A stretch of DNA of 64,000 nt, taken from the NCBI GenBank assembly GCA_043228905.1, contig JBHGNT010000021.1:6324001-6388000 (forward strand), in the 5' to 3' direction. The notes under the pieces were generated by a model that was not told the origin of the DNA, did no database searches, and was given only the letters and a program-made list of their open reading frames with translations. Below, in pieces: positions 24,204 to 34,976 of the stretch. Both the position numbers and the translations under genes were made by a program. Every line of letters starts with the position of its first letter. Positions within the stretch are counted from its first letter, which is position 1. This DNA comes from Azolla caroliniana. Taxonomy: Eukaryota > Plantae > Polypodiophyta.

Positions 24204-27164
24204 TGGAGTTGGTGCATATGGATGTTTGTCAAGTAGACACGAAGTCACATGCCGGAGCGCAGTACTTCGTGACGTTCATAGATGACCACAGCCGGAAGCT
24301 GTGGGCCACACCGCTGAAGACGAAGGATCAGGTGTTATCCGTCTTCAAAGAGGTCCACGCGAGAGTGGAAAGAGAAACCGGCCGGAAGCTGAAGGCGGTT
24401 CGAGCAGATAACGGAGGTGAGTACCGGGGGTAGTTCGAGGAGTACTGCCGCTCGAAGGGAATCTGGCTTGAATTTACCGTGCCGAAGATGCCGGAGCTAA
24501 ACGGACTGGCCGAGAGGATGAACCGGACCATAATGGAGAGGGTCCGGAGTATGCTAGCGCATGCAAAACTACCCAAGAAGTTTTGGGCTGAGGCACTGTC
24601 GACGACGACATATGTGATAAACAGATCACCCTCAGTACCCCTGGACGGAGACACGCCACAGAGAGTATGGACCGGTAAGGAAGTGTCCTACCGGCATCTA
24701 AGGGTGTTCGGGTGTCTCGCGTACGTGCATGTAGCAAAGGACCGGAGAGGAAAGCTAGATCCAAAGACCCGGCCATGCATATTCCTCGGTTACGGTGACG
24801 ACGAGTTCGGCTACCGAGTGTGGGACCCGGTCGACAAGAAGGTATTCCGGAGTCGAGATATTATCTTCATGGAGGACAAGACGCTCGCCGACTGGGAGTC
24901 GGAGAAGAAGATAGTGAACTCCAAGTCGACCGGTAAGGATAGACTCTACAATGAGCAGTCCCAACCGGCAAGAGACCGGTTAGCACTCGAGGAACCAGCC
25001 GGTTACGGTGAGGATACCGAACCGACAGAAGAAGAAGTAGAGGAAGCTGAGACCGGAACTGGTCAAGATCCCGAATCGGATTCGGATGAAGAGCAAATGG
25101 AGGAACCGATTACCGAAGCCCGAAGACGTAGTTATCCTCTCAGAGAGAGAAGGGCCCCCCGGAGATTTCCGGATGCAGAGCATGTCCTGCTAACCGATGA
25201 GGGGGAGTCGGAAAGCTTCGAAGAAGCGAAGGAAGACACCCACAGCCGAAAATGGTTAAGTGCTATGCAGGATGAAATGGATTCCCTGCATGAGAACCAT
25301 ACATACGAATTGGTGGAGCTGCCGAAAGAAAAGCGGGCACTCCGAAACAAGTGGGTGTTCAAGTTGAAACCGGGAGATGCCGGCAACCCCCCGAGATACA
25401 AAGCCAGGATCGTGGTGAAGGGGTTCCAGCAGAAGAAGGGCGTGGACTTCGACGAAATATTCGCCCCGGTAGTAAAGATGACCTCCATCCGGACGGTGCT
25501 GAGTATAGCAGCAAGCATGGATCTCGAGGTAGAGCAGCTGGACGTGAAGACGGCATTCCTCCACGGCGACCTCGAAGAGGAAATCTACATGCAGCAACCG
25601 GAAGGATTTGTGGAGAAAGGGAAGGAGCACCTGGTATGCCGGTTGAAGAAGAGCCTGTACGGACTGAAGCAGGCTCCCCGGCAATGGTATCGGAAGTTCG
25701 ACTCCTTCATGACCGATCAAGGGTACCACAAGACGCAGGCGATCACTGCGTGTTTGTGAAGAAGTTCGAAGGAGGGGACTTCCTGATACTCCTCCTGTAT
25801 GTGGATGAGATGTTGATCGTCAGACGAGACCAAGGAAAAATACGGATGCTGAAGAAGGCTCTCAACCGGACCTTCTCAATGAAGGACTTGGGTCCGGCAA
25901 GACAGATGTTGGGGATGCACATCATTCGGGACCGGTCAGTGAAGCAATTATGGCTGTCACAGGAGAAGTATGTGACAAAGGTGCTTCACCGGTTCAACAT
26001 GTCAGATGCAAAACCGGTCGGATCGACACTTCCAGCAAACTGCAAGTTGTCCGGCAAGCAAAGCCCGAAGACAAAAGGAGAGAAGGCAGATATGATGAAG
26101 ATTCCATATGCCTCTGCCGTCGGGAGCTTGATGTACGCAATGGTTTGTACCCGACCGGACATTGGATACGCAGTCGGAGTGGTGAGCCGGTTCATGAGTA
26201 ATCCCGGCAAGGAGCATTGGAACGCGGTCAAGTGGATACTCCGGTATTTGAAGGGCACTTCAAATATGTGTCTCCGATTCGGCTCCGGAAAACCTCAACT
26301 GGACGGTTTCACCGATTCGGACATGTCGGCTGATGTGGATACCAGCCGGTCTACATCCGGGTATGTGATGACATATGCAGGGGGAGTTGTCTCGTGGCAG
26401 TCGAGGCTGCAGAAGACGGTTGCATTGTCAACCACAGAGGCGGAGTACATGCGGCTGTGGAAGCCGGCAAGGAAATATTATGGATGAAGGACTTCATCGG
26501 AGAGCTCGGTATCCGGCAAGAGGAATACCGACTCTACTGCGACAGTCAAAGTGCCATCCACCTTGCTAAGAATGCGGCCTACCATTCCCGGACGAAGCAT
26601 ATCCAGCGGAGGTATCACTGGATCCGGGAAAGGGTAGATGACCAGGAGTTCGCACTGACGAAGATCCACACGGCCGAGAACGGGTCAGATATGCTGACCA
26701 AAGTGCTGACACCCGACAAGCTGGACGCATGCCGGAAGAGGATCGGGCTGAAAAGACACCCCATGCCGGAGTGAAGGGGGAGTTTGTTGGGAAACAGGTC
26801 CCTCCGGATGGGAAGGTAGAAGAACAGTGCCGACGAACAAACTCGGCCGAGGCTGAAACGGTATGAACCGGATGGGGAGAACCCGACTTCGGAGAGTCGG
26901 ATGGTGTAGGCCCGGTATGAACCGGATGAGGAGTACCCGACTGCGGAGAGTCGGATGGTGTAGGCCCGGTATGAACCGGATGAGGAGTACCCGACTGCGG
27001 AGAGCCGGATGGAGCCCATCGAGGCTACATTTGTAAATAGCCGAAAAGTCATATTAGTATAAATATGACTTAGGGCAAACTTTTAGTTTTTTTTTTTGGA
27101 GAAGTTGTCGTTGTTGTTTTTCTTTGTTGTTGGTGCAAGAAGAAATCAGAGCGCGTAACTGTAC

Positions 27165-27218
<54 letters not shown>

Positions 27219-28272
27219 GAGGTCGTTGCCTCTGTTGTAACCGCCGCCTGTGGCGAAGATCTGAGAGCACGAGGTCGTTGCCTCAGTGATCTCACAGTTG
27301 TATATTTCTGCATAGTGACAGTTTGCAGCTTGTGGGCTGCCGTGGTTTTTCCCCCTATTTTGGGGTTTTCCACATATACCTCCTGTGCACCATTTCTCCT
27401 CTTTTGTGTTGCGTTTCATTACCTGTTTTTCTGTGTATGTAAAGAATCTCGGTTGTGGCCGAGCGTCGGACATAAGGAACGTCAAGTTCTCAACACTTTC
27501 TTCATAGGAATGACGTCCGCATGTGCATTGAAGCTCTTTAGAAACACAGTTGCATTGGAGAAGGAAGAGGAGTAGGTTATATTTATAAACATGAGGATTA
27601 AGGCTTTGTGGGAGTGCCCAGACCAGGACGAGGAGGTCGGTGCAAAGAATCTCGCTGATACTGAAAGGTTTCAACCTGCTTCGCGAGAGCCTATTCCTCC
27701 GTTAGCCGGGGAACCAGGGGAGCTAATAGAGCTTGATGATGAGTTTATAGAAGATATTTCGTTGGATCGGCTAACAGGGGAAGCCAATGCACGTATAGCC
27801 GAAGAGACTTCTATACATGATGATGAAGAAAATGACATTGACGATTTGATTGCTATGTAATAAACTCTTTTAAAAACGCGAAATGTATTGTTTGGATTTC
27901 ACATTATTAATACAAGGTGGATTCTATTCTTTATAATCTTCTATATGTTTCAATTTTATTTTTATATACTTGGTTAGTAGACTTATGACATTGGTTTCAC
28001 CGCGTGCATTGCTGACTACCAAATTTATGGAGAAACATGAATTAGTTTAAATTGAGGCTGATTTTGGTCAAAGTTTACCTTAACATAACATGGTCGTAGA
28101 ATTGTTGCCATGACTGTCCATGTTGTTATTATGGATCTTTGTCTTCTATTGTTAAAACTATTATGTTTCTCTTCCATTGCTGCTTAGATTGTGTAGTGTG
28201 TTGATAATGGTTCCACTAGCGTTATCCGCATGTTTTTATACGCTTGTAGTTCCACTAGCATTATCGTTCGGA

Positions 28273-28548
28273 GTTTGATCCCGTGTGAATCACCTAAGCA
28301 ATAGATTAGATCAATTTTAAATACAAGTATGAAAGCCTTAATAGGTTTGTTATTTCCACCACATTATCCTAAAGTTCATTGTCTTACATTGTCCACAATT
28401 ATATACATATGGTTTGATCCCATACGAACAAACTGAGGAATAGATTAGATCAACTTTAAATACAAGTATTAAATACTTTAATAAGTTAGTTATTCCAATC
28501 ACATTATCCTAAAGTGCACTATCCTACATTGTCCACAATTATATACAT
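28273..28548. repeat. Diverged ~139-bp tandem duplication in the right subterminal region
   Basis: GTTTGATCCC...ACATTGTCCACAATTATATACAT starts at 28273 and 28412. Confidence 0.85.
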
Positions 28549-28898
28549 GCAAGTATGGGTCAAAGTATAAATTATAACTCATTTTATTAGTATGGTTACA
28601 AGTACACCTCATATTTTTGTAAAACTTACCAAATTAATATAAGTCTTTAACTTAGTGTTTCCCATGTCGCACATTAGTGACATATTGAGCCATTGTTGAA
28701 CTTTATTATGCCTACATTAACTTATCAACACGTCCAAACTTGCATGATTTCTAATGATCTCCACTCGTAGACCTATCATGTATTTTTATATTTGCAAATT
28801 CTAATCAAGTTGTGAAACATGTGATACTAGTGCATCCAATTTTTGTAGAGAGGGTATATTTGGATAGTTTCAAGAAGATTCTACAAGTGGAATGCGCA

Positions 28899-28927
28899 AT
28901 CCTTCCACTTGTGAACGCGAACATGTT
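28899..28927 (-). repeat. Right terminal inverted repeat
   Basis: Reverse complement of the left TIR with 2 transitions. Confidence 0.92.
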
Positions 28928-28931
28928 TAAT

Positions 28932-31134
28932 CCATTGTGCCGCTCATGTATCGTAATACTCGCTTAGCACAATTCAAGTGAATGTCCCATGGTTTTTGCA
29001 TGAATTGGCTGAGGAGTCCGACTGGATAGCTAAGGTCAGGTTGAGGGATCGTGAGATAGATGAGACTCCCGATCAGTTGACGATATTGGGTCGGCTCGCA
29101 CTCGTCTGTGCCGAAGTCAACATCTAGTTTGAGGTTTCGATTGAGAGGCGTAGCGACCGATTTGCACTCAGTCATCCGGAACTTATATAACAAGTTGAGA
29201 ATGTAGTGCCGTTGAGAGATCATAATGCCGGCCGGAATCCGAATTACTTTGAATGCCAAGGAAGTAATGGAGCTCCTTCATGTCTGTCATCTCGAATTTT
29301 CCAGAGAGGAGGGACTTGACCTTGTTGATGTCGACTAGACTTTCACCTCCAATGACCAGATCATCCACGCATAGGATGATGACAATTAAGCTTCTAGAGT
29401 CGTGTCGTACATAGAGGGAGTTGTCGGATTTCGACATTCGAAAGCCGATTTGATGAAGATATTGCGTAATCTTCGAATGTCAAGCACGCAGTGCTTGCTT
29501 GAGGCTGTAGAGAGGCTTCTTGAGTTGGCATACGACTTTTGGATGAATGCACGATTCAAAGCCGGGTGGTTGTACCATGTACACCTCCTCGTCTAATTCA
29601 CCTTGAAGAAAGGCATTCTTGACGTCCATTTGGTGGAGGTGCCACCCTTTTGCCGCTGCAAGTGCGATCACGGTTTGCACCGTCGTCATCTTTGCCACCG
29701 AGGCAAAGGTCTCTTCATAGTCAAGTCCATGTGTTTGTGCGTATCCTTTCGCTACGAATCGAGCTTTGTAATGGTTTATGGAGTCGTCGGCATTATACTT
29801 CACCTTGTAGATCCATATGCAACCAATTGCCTTCTTGTGTGGTGAGTGGGGAACGAGATCCCATGTCTCGTTCTTGGAGAGTGCTTGCATCTCCTCATTC
29901 ATCGCTTCAACCCATCTGGGGTCCTTCGCAGCTTCGGAAAACGTTTCCGACTCCCATACTGTTGCTACCTTCATCATAAAAGTGTAATGGTACGCCATAT
30001 AATCGTTGTAGCCAAATCGGCTTATGGGGTTCTTTTCACGGGTGGATCGGCGAAGCTTCTCGTTTGCGGATTCTAAGGCTTTCTTTACTCCATTTGTCCG
30101 GATGTCAAGGCCTTCGAACTCAATCGTTTTTATACTCCGGCATTTTGGCCTTCCCTTTGTCTAGCTTCGGGCTTGGTCGAGATGTGCTTTGATCACTCGG
30201 AGGCTCTTGTGGTCCGCTCAATCAGGTCATGATCAGACTTTCTTTGAACATGCGCGTAAGGCAATCTTCATCCTCTATCTCTTGTTCGGCGGATTCTGGG
30301 TCGAGTGGAATTAGAGTCGAAGTTGCCTCTAGTGCGTACCAGGATGCGAACTCGTCAAAAACAACGTCTCGACTTACACGAACTTTTCGAGTTGAGGGGT
30401 TATAGCACTTGTACCCCTTTTGCTCCAGTGAGTATCCGATGAGGATACATTTCTTCGACTTCGGGTCGAGCTTTTGTCATTTTTCGTCGGGGATGTGCAC
30501 ATACGCAATGGAGCCGAATATCCGAATGTGTGATAGATCCGGTTTCTTTCTGAAAAACTTTTCGTGCGGCGTGAGGTCATGCACGTTGGATATCGTACAC
30601 CAATTCATGAGGTATATGGACATGTTAGCTGCTTCTGCCCAGTACGACTTCGACACGTGCTTTTCGTTCATCATGGCCCGTGCTACTTCGAGGATGTGCC
30701 GATTCTTTCGTTCGGCCACTCCGTTTTGTTGTGGCATATGTCAACACGAAAACTCTCGCCGAATTCCTTCTTTCCGTAGATACGCCGTAAACTCATCCGA
30801 GAAATATTCCTTGCCTCGATCCGACCGAAGACATCGTATATGTCGGCCCGTGACTTTCTCGACTTCATTCTTGAATTTTTGGAAGTGTCCGAACACTTCA
30901 CTCTTTTGCTGCATCGGGTAGATCCAAGTGTGCCTAGAGAAGTCGTCGATGAAGGTCACGTAGTATCGGCATTCGCCAAATGTCGCCGTTTGAGCCGGTC
31001 CCCATACATCGGAATGAATTTTGTCGAGTATGCCTTTGCTTACATTCCTCTCCTTCAAGGTATTGGTGCATCTTGTACTCGCAAGATGCGAAGTTGTTTC
31101 GATCCAACTTCTCGCTAGGTAGAGCGCTCCCCAT
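28932..31134 (-). pseudogene. Copia gag start, integrase and RT, with most of gag and protease deleted
   Basis: MGSALPSEKLDRNN...HQYL joins directly to IHSDVWGP integrase; LRSDRGKEY, HQMDVKNAFL, CVDDLVI. Confidence 0.9.
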
Positions 31135-31313
31135 TTGAGTATTCAATGTCGATTAAGCTTCCTTTCTTCTTTTCCTTCTCTCTCGAACACGAGCTATGTA
31201 GTGGTACTACAATAGCAATGAGCCGTTTCTTCTTGAACGTCGGAGTAGAGCACAACACACGATCACGATGAGGCGAGTGGGCTAAATCGAGCTACCAAAT
31301 CGCTCTGATACCA

Positions 31314-31766
31314 TGTAAAGAATCAATGGTGATTCTTGTGTAGCGGAATAGATGTGTGTTATGTGCATATATGTGTGAGAGAATAAGAGAACTCAACATA
31401 GATAAATGATAGGAAAATAGAATGCTCAAGAAGAAGGTGTATATTTCACAAGTAGAATGAGATTTACAAAATGTAGCATAACAAGGAGTCACAACCGACT
31501 TAGTATGTGAAGTATGAGGAGGGTGCTTTATATAGAGTCACCCTCTCTCTTCATTAACTTTACAACAACCACTCTCTCTCTTGGGGAATGTGAAGACTCA
31601 TAGTCATGGGGAATATGTAACTCATTAGTTATGTGTCATAGAATATGATTCTATGACACATAGTTAATGTGTAGAGAGTAGTGGTGTGACTCTTGACTTT
31701 TGAGTAATCATGGATTCTCAAAAGGTGTGTTCACACGTTGTGCTATGTTGAGCTTGATTCTCAACA
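31314..31766 (-). repeat. 5' LTR of the minus-strand Copia
   Basis: TG...CA ends, adjacent PBS, homologous to the split LTR at 1358-7217. Confidence 0.9.
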
Positions 31767-32895
31767 ATTAGAACCATTACCAATTCTAAGCAAGCCATGG
31801 CAAATCATTGCTCTAGATTTCATCACAGATCTTCTGGTCTGTAAGGGATTTGATGCGATCTTAACAGTAGTAGATCGATATACGAAGATGGCGTATTTCC
31901 TGCCATGTACTAAGGAAATCTCCTGTGAGGAAACCGCCGAAACTTTCATGCGTGAAGTATGTCGGCATCATGGCCTTCTTGATAGTATCATCAGCGACCA
32001 TGGACCCCAGTTCATCTCGAAATTTTGGAAGCACCTCTTTAAAATGCTCAAGGTCACTTGTAACCTCTCCTCCGGCTACCAGCCGCAAACAGACGGTCAA
32101 GTAGAACGAACAAATCAAACGCTGGAGCAGTATCTTCAGTGCTTTCTAAGCTATCATCAAGATGACTGGGTGGATATTCTCCACTTCGCCAAATTTGCAT
32201 ATAATAACTCTGTCCACTCATCGACAAAGGTTACACCATTTTATGCTTATATGGGCCGTCACCCCCGGTGGTGTGTATTCGAAACCCCAGAGTTACCCAC
32301 AAATCCTTGTGCAAAGGATTGTTTGGAGCGGTTATGCAAGATACAAGCGGATTTATCTACTCATCTACATCAAGCTCAACAAACACACAAGGTTTGCGCG
32401 GATCGTTCTTGGCTTCCATCCAGTTTTAACATTGGAGATCGGGTATGGCTACTACGACACATCAAGACTACTCGCCCATGTGAGAAGTTGGATTATCGGC
32501 GATTAGGTCCTTTTTGTATTATCAGAAAATTTAATGATGTCACTTTTCGTCTCGATCTACCTCCACAACTTCGGATACATCCAGTGTTTCATAGTTCTCT
32601 CCTTGAACCCTATCAAGACAACACCATCCCAAGTCATATTAAACAACCTCCACCCCCGATCGAACTTGAAGATGGACCTGAGTACGAGGTTGCCGCCATC
32701 CTCGATTCCAAGATTGTTCGCAACAAGCTCTACTATTTAGTCGATTGGCTAGGATATAGTCCCAACGAGCGTACTTGGGAACCAATAGAGAATGTGACCA
32801 ATGCTCATGCTCTTCTTGAAGACTTCCATTGTCAATATCTAGACAAACCAACGACTCGTGACACTTGTCGTTTTAAAGGGGGAATAGTGTCATGA
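31767..32895 (+). pseudogene. Chromovirus integrase with GPF motif and chromodomain
   Basis: PWQIIALDFIT, SDHGPQF, QTDGQVERTNQ, LGPF, IHPVFHSSLL, EYEVAAILDSK...YLVDWLGYSPNERTWEP; then PPT AAAGGGGGAATAG and TGTCA at 32888. Confidence 0.93.
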
Positions 32896-33090
32896 TATGG
32901 CAAGACTGGAACCGATGACCTTATGTTACATGGGTCGAGCTCTTGACCATTAGACTATATTTTGTAATACGAAGGATATTATTTTCATTTAAGTTTTACT
33001 ATAGAAAATTGATGTATATTCCAGATTTCACTGGAACATTCTGGAAACTTTAGGAGTACTCTTGAGAACACTATAAAAGGGTTGAGAACC
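32888..33090 (+). repeat. Truncated 3' LTR of the chromovirus
   Basis: Begins TGTCA right after the PPT and contains TATAAAA; right end approximate. Confidence 0.55.
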
Positions 33091-33182
33091 TCTGCTGCCG
33101 ACAAGCGATTTTTGTAGACGAACCCTAACTTCCGGAAAAGCACAGACCAAAAAGAAAAAGCTGAAGAAAAATGGACAAAGGG

Positions 33183-34655
33183 ATGGCAAGCTCACTCCCG
33201 ACGGAGAAACTCGACAAGAATAACTACACATCTTGGTCCTATAAGATGCACCAATATCCACTTGAACACGGATATTGGATCTATGTCGAGGGAGCGAATG
33301 AAGTGGCGCCGGATCCGGCAGACAAGGACTTCCCGACATGGGAAGGAGTGAGCAAAGTGTTGTACTGCCTCGCGTCCTATGTGCGCGACTAGATGCTCGG
33401 CTATATCAAGGATGCAAAAACGCAGAAAGAAGCTTGGGAGAATCGGAAGAAGTTTTTCGAGGCAAGCACGACGGCCCGAAAGTTGTAGCTCCGACAAGAG
33501 CTCAACAACATCCGACAGTGAGATATGTCAGTTACCGACTACACCACCAAGATAAAGGAGATCTGCGACACGCTCGGTTCCATCAACGTGACGGTGTACG
33601 AAGACGAGACGGAAAAGGGCCAACCTTTGTGATGAAGCACAAGGCGAACTCGATGAAGAAGACCACTTCCGGATCAGAGGAAGTGTGGCACGTTGACTCT
33701 AGAGCGTCTAACCACATGACAAGCCACGAAGAGTGGTTCTCATATCTAGAAGAACTGGAGCAACTGGGAGGAGACGGCACTCCTCACCCGATAGTGCATG
33801 TTAGAGAAGTCCCCTTGAGTCATGTCGAACAACAAGGGAAGCTTATGAACATGCTTCACATCTCGACAATCACAAAGAACCTGGTGTCGGTTGGACAAAT
33901 CATCAAGCAGGGGATGCAGGTGCAGATCATCGACCTTGGGTGCTTCATTGAGGAAGAGGGCTAAATCATCGCGCAAGGGCGCCAGGACCGGAGGATATTC
34001 ATCCTCGACAGTAATGGTGTCGACACCGCTCTATTTGCCAAAGGATAGATAGAAGGTCGAGTCCGATATCGACTTGTGGCACAAGCGGATCGACCACTTC
34101 AACTATTAGAGGCTTCAAGACCTGCAATCAAAACATGTTGTTTTCGGTTTATGGAAATTTAGTGGCCGGAAGGCCCAAATTTGTGAAGCCGGCTAGCTCG
34201 AGAAGCAACACCGGACCCGTAACAAGCTCGACTTGATACATTTGGATGTATGGTGATCGGCACAGAACGTTAATCTTGGCGGGAGCCGATATTTCGCCTC
34301 CTTCATCGACGACTACAGCCGACACGTGTGGGGATTCTATCTCATCGAGAAGAAAAGCGAAGTCCTCGACTGTTTCCGGAACCTGCAAAGTCTTGTTGAG
34401 CGGGAAACAGAGAGAAAGATCAAGTGCCTGTGGTCGGATGGTGGAAAAGAATCATTTTCCGGCCAATTCAACGATTATCTGCAACATAAGGGAATTCGGA
34501 GAGAATTCAGTTGCAGATACACACGGGAGCAAAACAGAGTGGCCGAAAGGAAGAACCGGTCGATTGTCGAGGCGGCACGGGCAATGCTGGAAGAGAAGAG
34601 CATGCCCAAGTTCTACTGGGCCGAAACGGTCGGGACGACTGTCTACATCCAAAAA
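33183..34655 (+). pseudogene. Copia fragment (gag, protease, integrase), related to the minus-strand Copia
   Basis: MASSLPTEKLDKNNYTSWSYKMHQY, WHVDSRASNHMT, LWSDGGKE, AERKNRSIVEAARAML; no LTRs seen. Confidence 0.88.
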
Positions 34656-34976
34656 GTAAGTTCGTGGGAAGTTATAGACGGAAGGGAAGGGCATTTTGGC
34701 TGTCAAAAAGCAAAGAAAAAAAGCACTAACTCTCCTTGAGGAAAAGCAAAAAGCAAGGTTCCTTTCTTTTTGAGCATGTGCTTTGAAAAGAAAAGAAAAC
34801 AGAAAAAAATATTCAAAAGAAAAGGGCAAATAAATAAAATACACAAATCCCTGTTTCTTCTGAGAAAAGTCGATATGCTCTGTTTCTACAGCTAAAGCAA
34901 AAAAGATCAAGAACAAAAACAGATAACGAACATACTACAAGTTCACTAATCTCGCATTCTTTCAAAGAGAAATACA

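Larger units (their letters stand above)
17372..26774 (+). pseudogene. Gag-Pol of the outer Copia (17372-18865 and 24209-26774)
   Basis: Gag, CCHC knuckle, VDSGAS protease, integrase, RT (YVDEM), RNase H; stops at ~18014, ~18414 and ~24431, frameshifts near 25740 and 26450. Confidence 0.93.
16633..27495 (+). mobile_element. Ty1/copia (Tork/Tnt1-like) element, complete structure, ORF disrupted
   Basis: LTRs 16633-17341 and 26785-27495 (~5 substitutions plus a GA-repeat length difference), TSD CTTTC, PBS TGGTATCAGAGC at 17344, PPT GAAGGGGGAG; inserted in the last intron of the MTase gene. Confidence 0.97.
12562..27860 (+). pseudogene. Spliced cargo gene: ParB/Srx-like domain fused to a beta-class N6-adenine/N4-cytosine DNA methyltransferase
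   Basis: Exons ~12562-12596, 13777-15399, 15476-15608, 15698-16167, 16256-16548, 27508-27860 with phase-compatible GT-AG joins. ParB-like: PLIVMV...VIGGLHSAEARRQL...IYVGLTTEEAKLLAWDHN. MTase: VVCGDVVDMI, LVIADIPYG (motif IV), WIKTN...EYITV, NPYQKPQRLMMRLIEMFSVEGDWILDLFSGTG|MTSACALKLFRNTVALE (motif I onward). At least 4 stops and 2 frameshifts. Confidence 0.85.
7876..28927. mobile_element. TIR DNA transposon (Sola-like DDD transposase) carrying a ParB-like/DNA methyltransferase gene; ~10.2 kb without the nested Copias
   Basis: Left TIR AACACGTTCACGTTCACAAGTGGAAGGAT; right TIR (rc) AACATGTTCGCGTTCACAAGTGGAAGGAT, 27/29 match. TSD TAAT at 7872-7875 and 28928-28931. Removing it restores the Copia frame SGTMD-Y-GVLY. 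Confidence 0.92.
1358..31766 (-). mobile_element. Ty1/copia LTR retrotransposon on the minus strand, decayed, hosting several nested insertions
   Basis: LTRs TGTAAAGAATCAATGG...GATTCTCAACA at 1358-7217 (split) and 31314-31766; Met-tRNA PBS (rc TGGTATCAGAGC) at 31302-31313; PPT at ~7218-7232; INT/RT 28928-31060; RNase H 7400-7875. Confidence 0.9.

Noticed and set aside
19561-26669. Numerous antisense and overlapping ORFs within the Copias
   Set aside because: Shadow frames of GC-rich gag-pol with no independent motifs.
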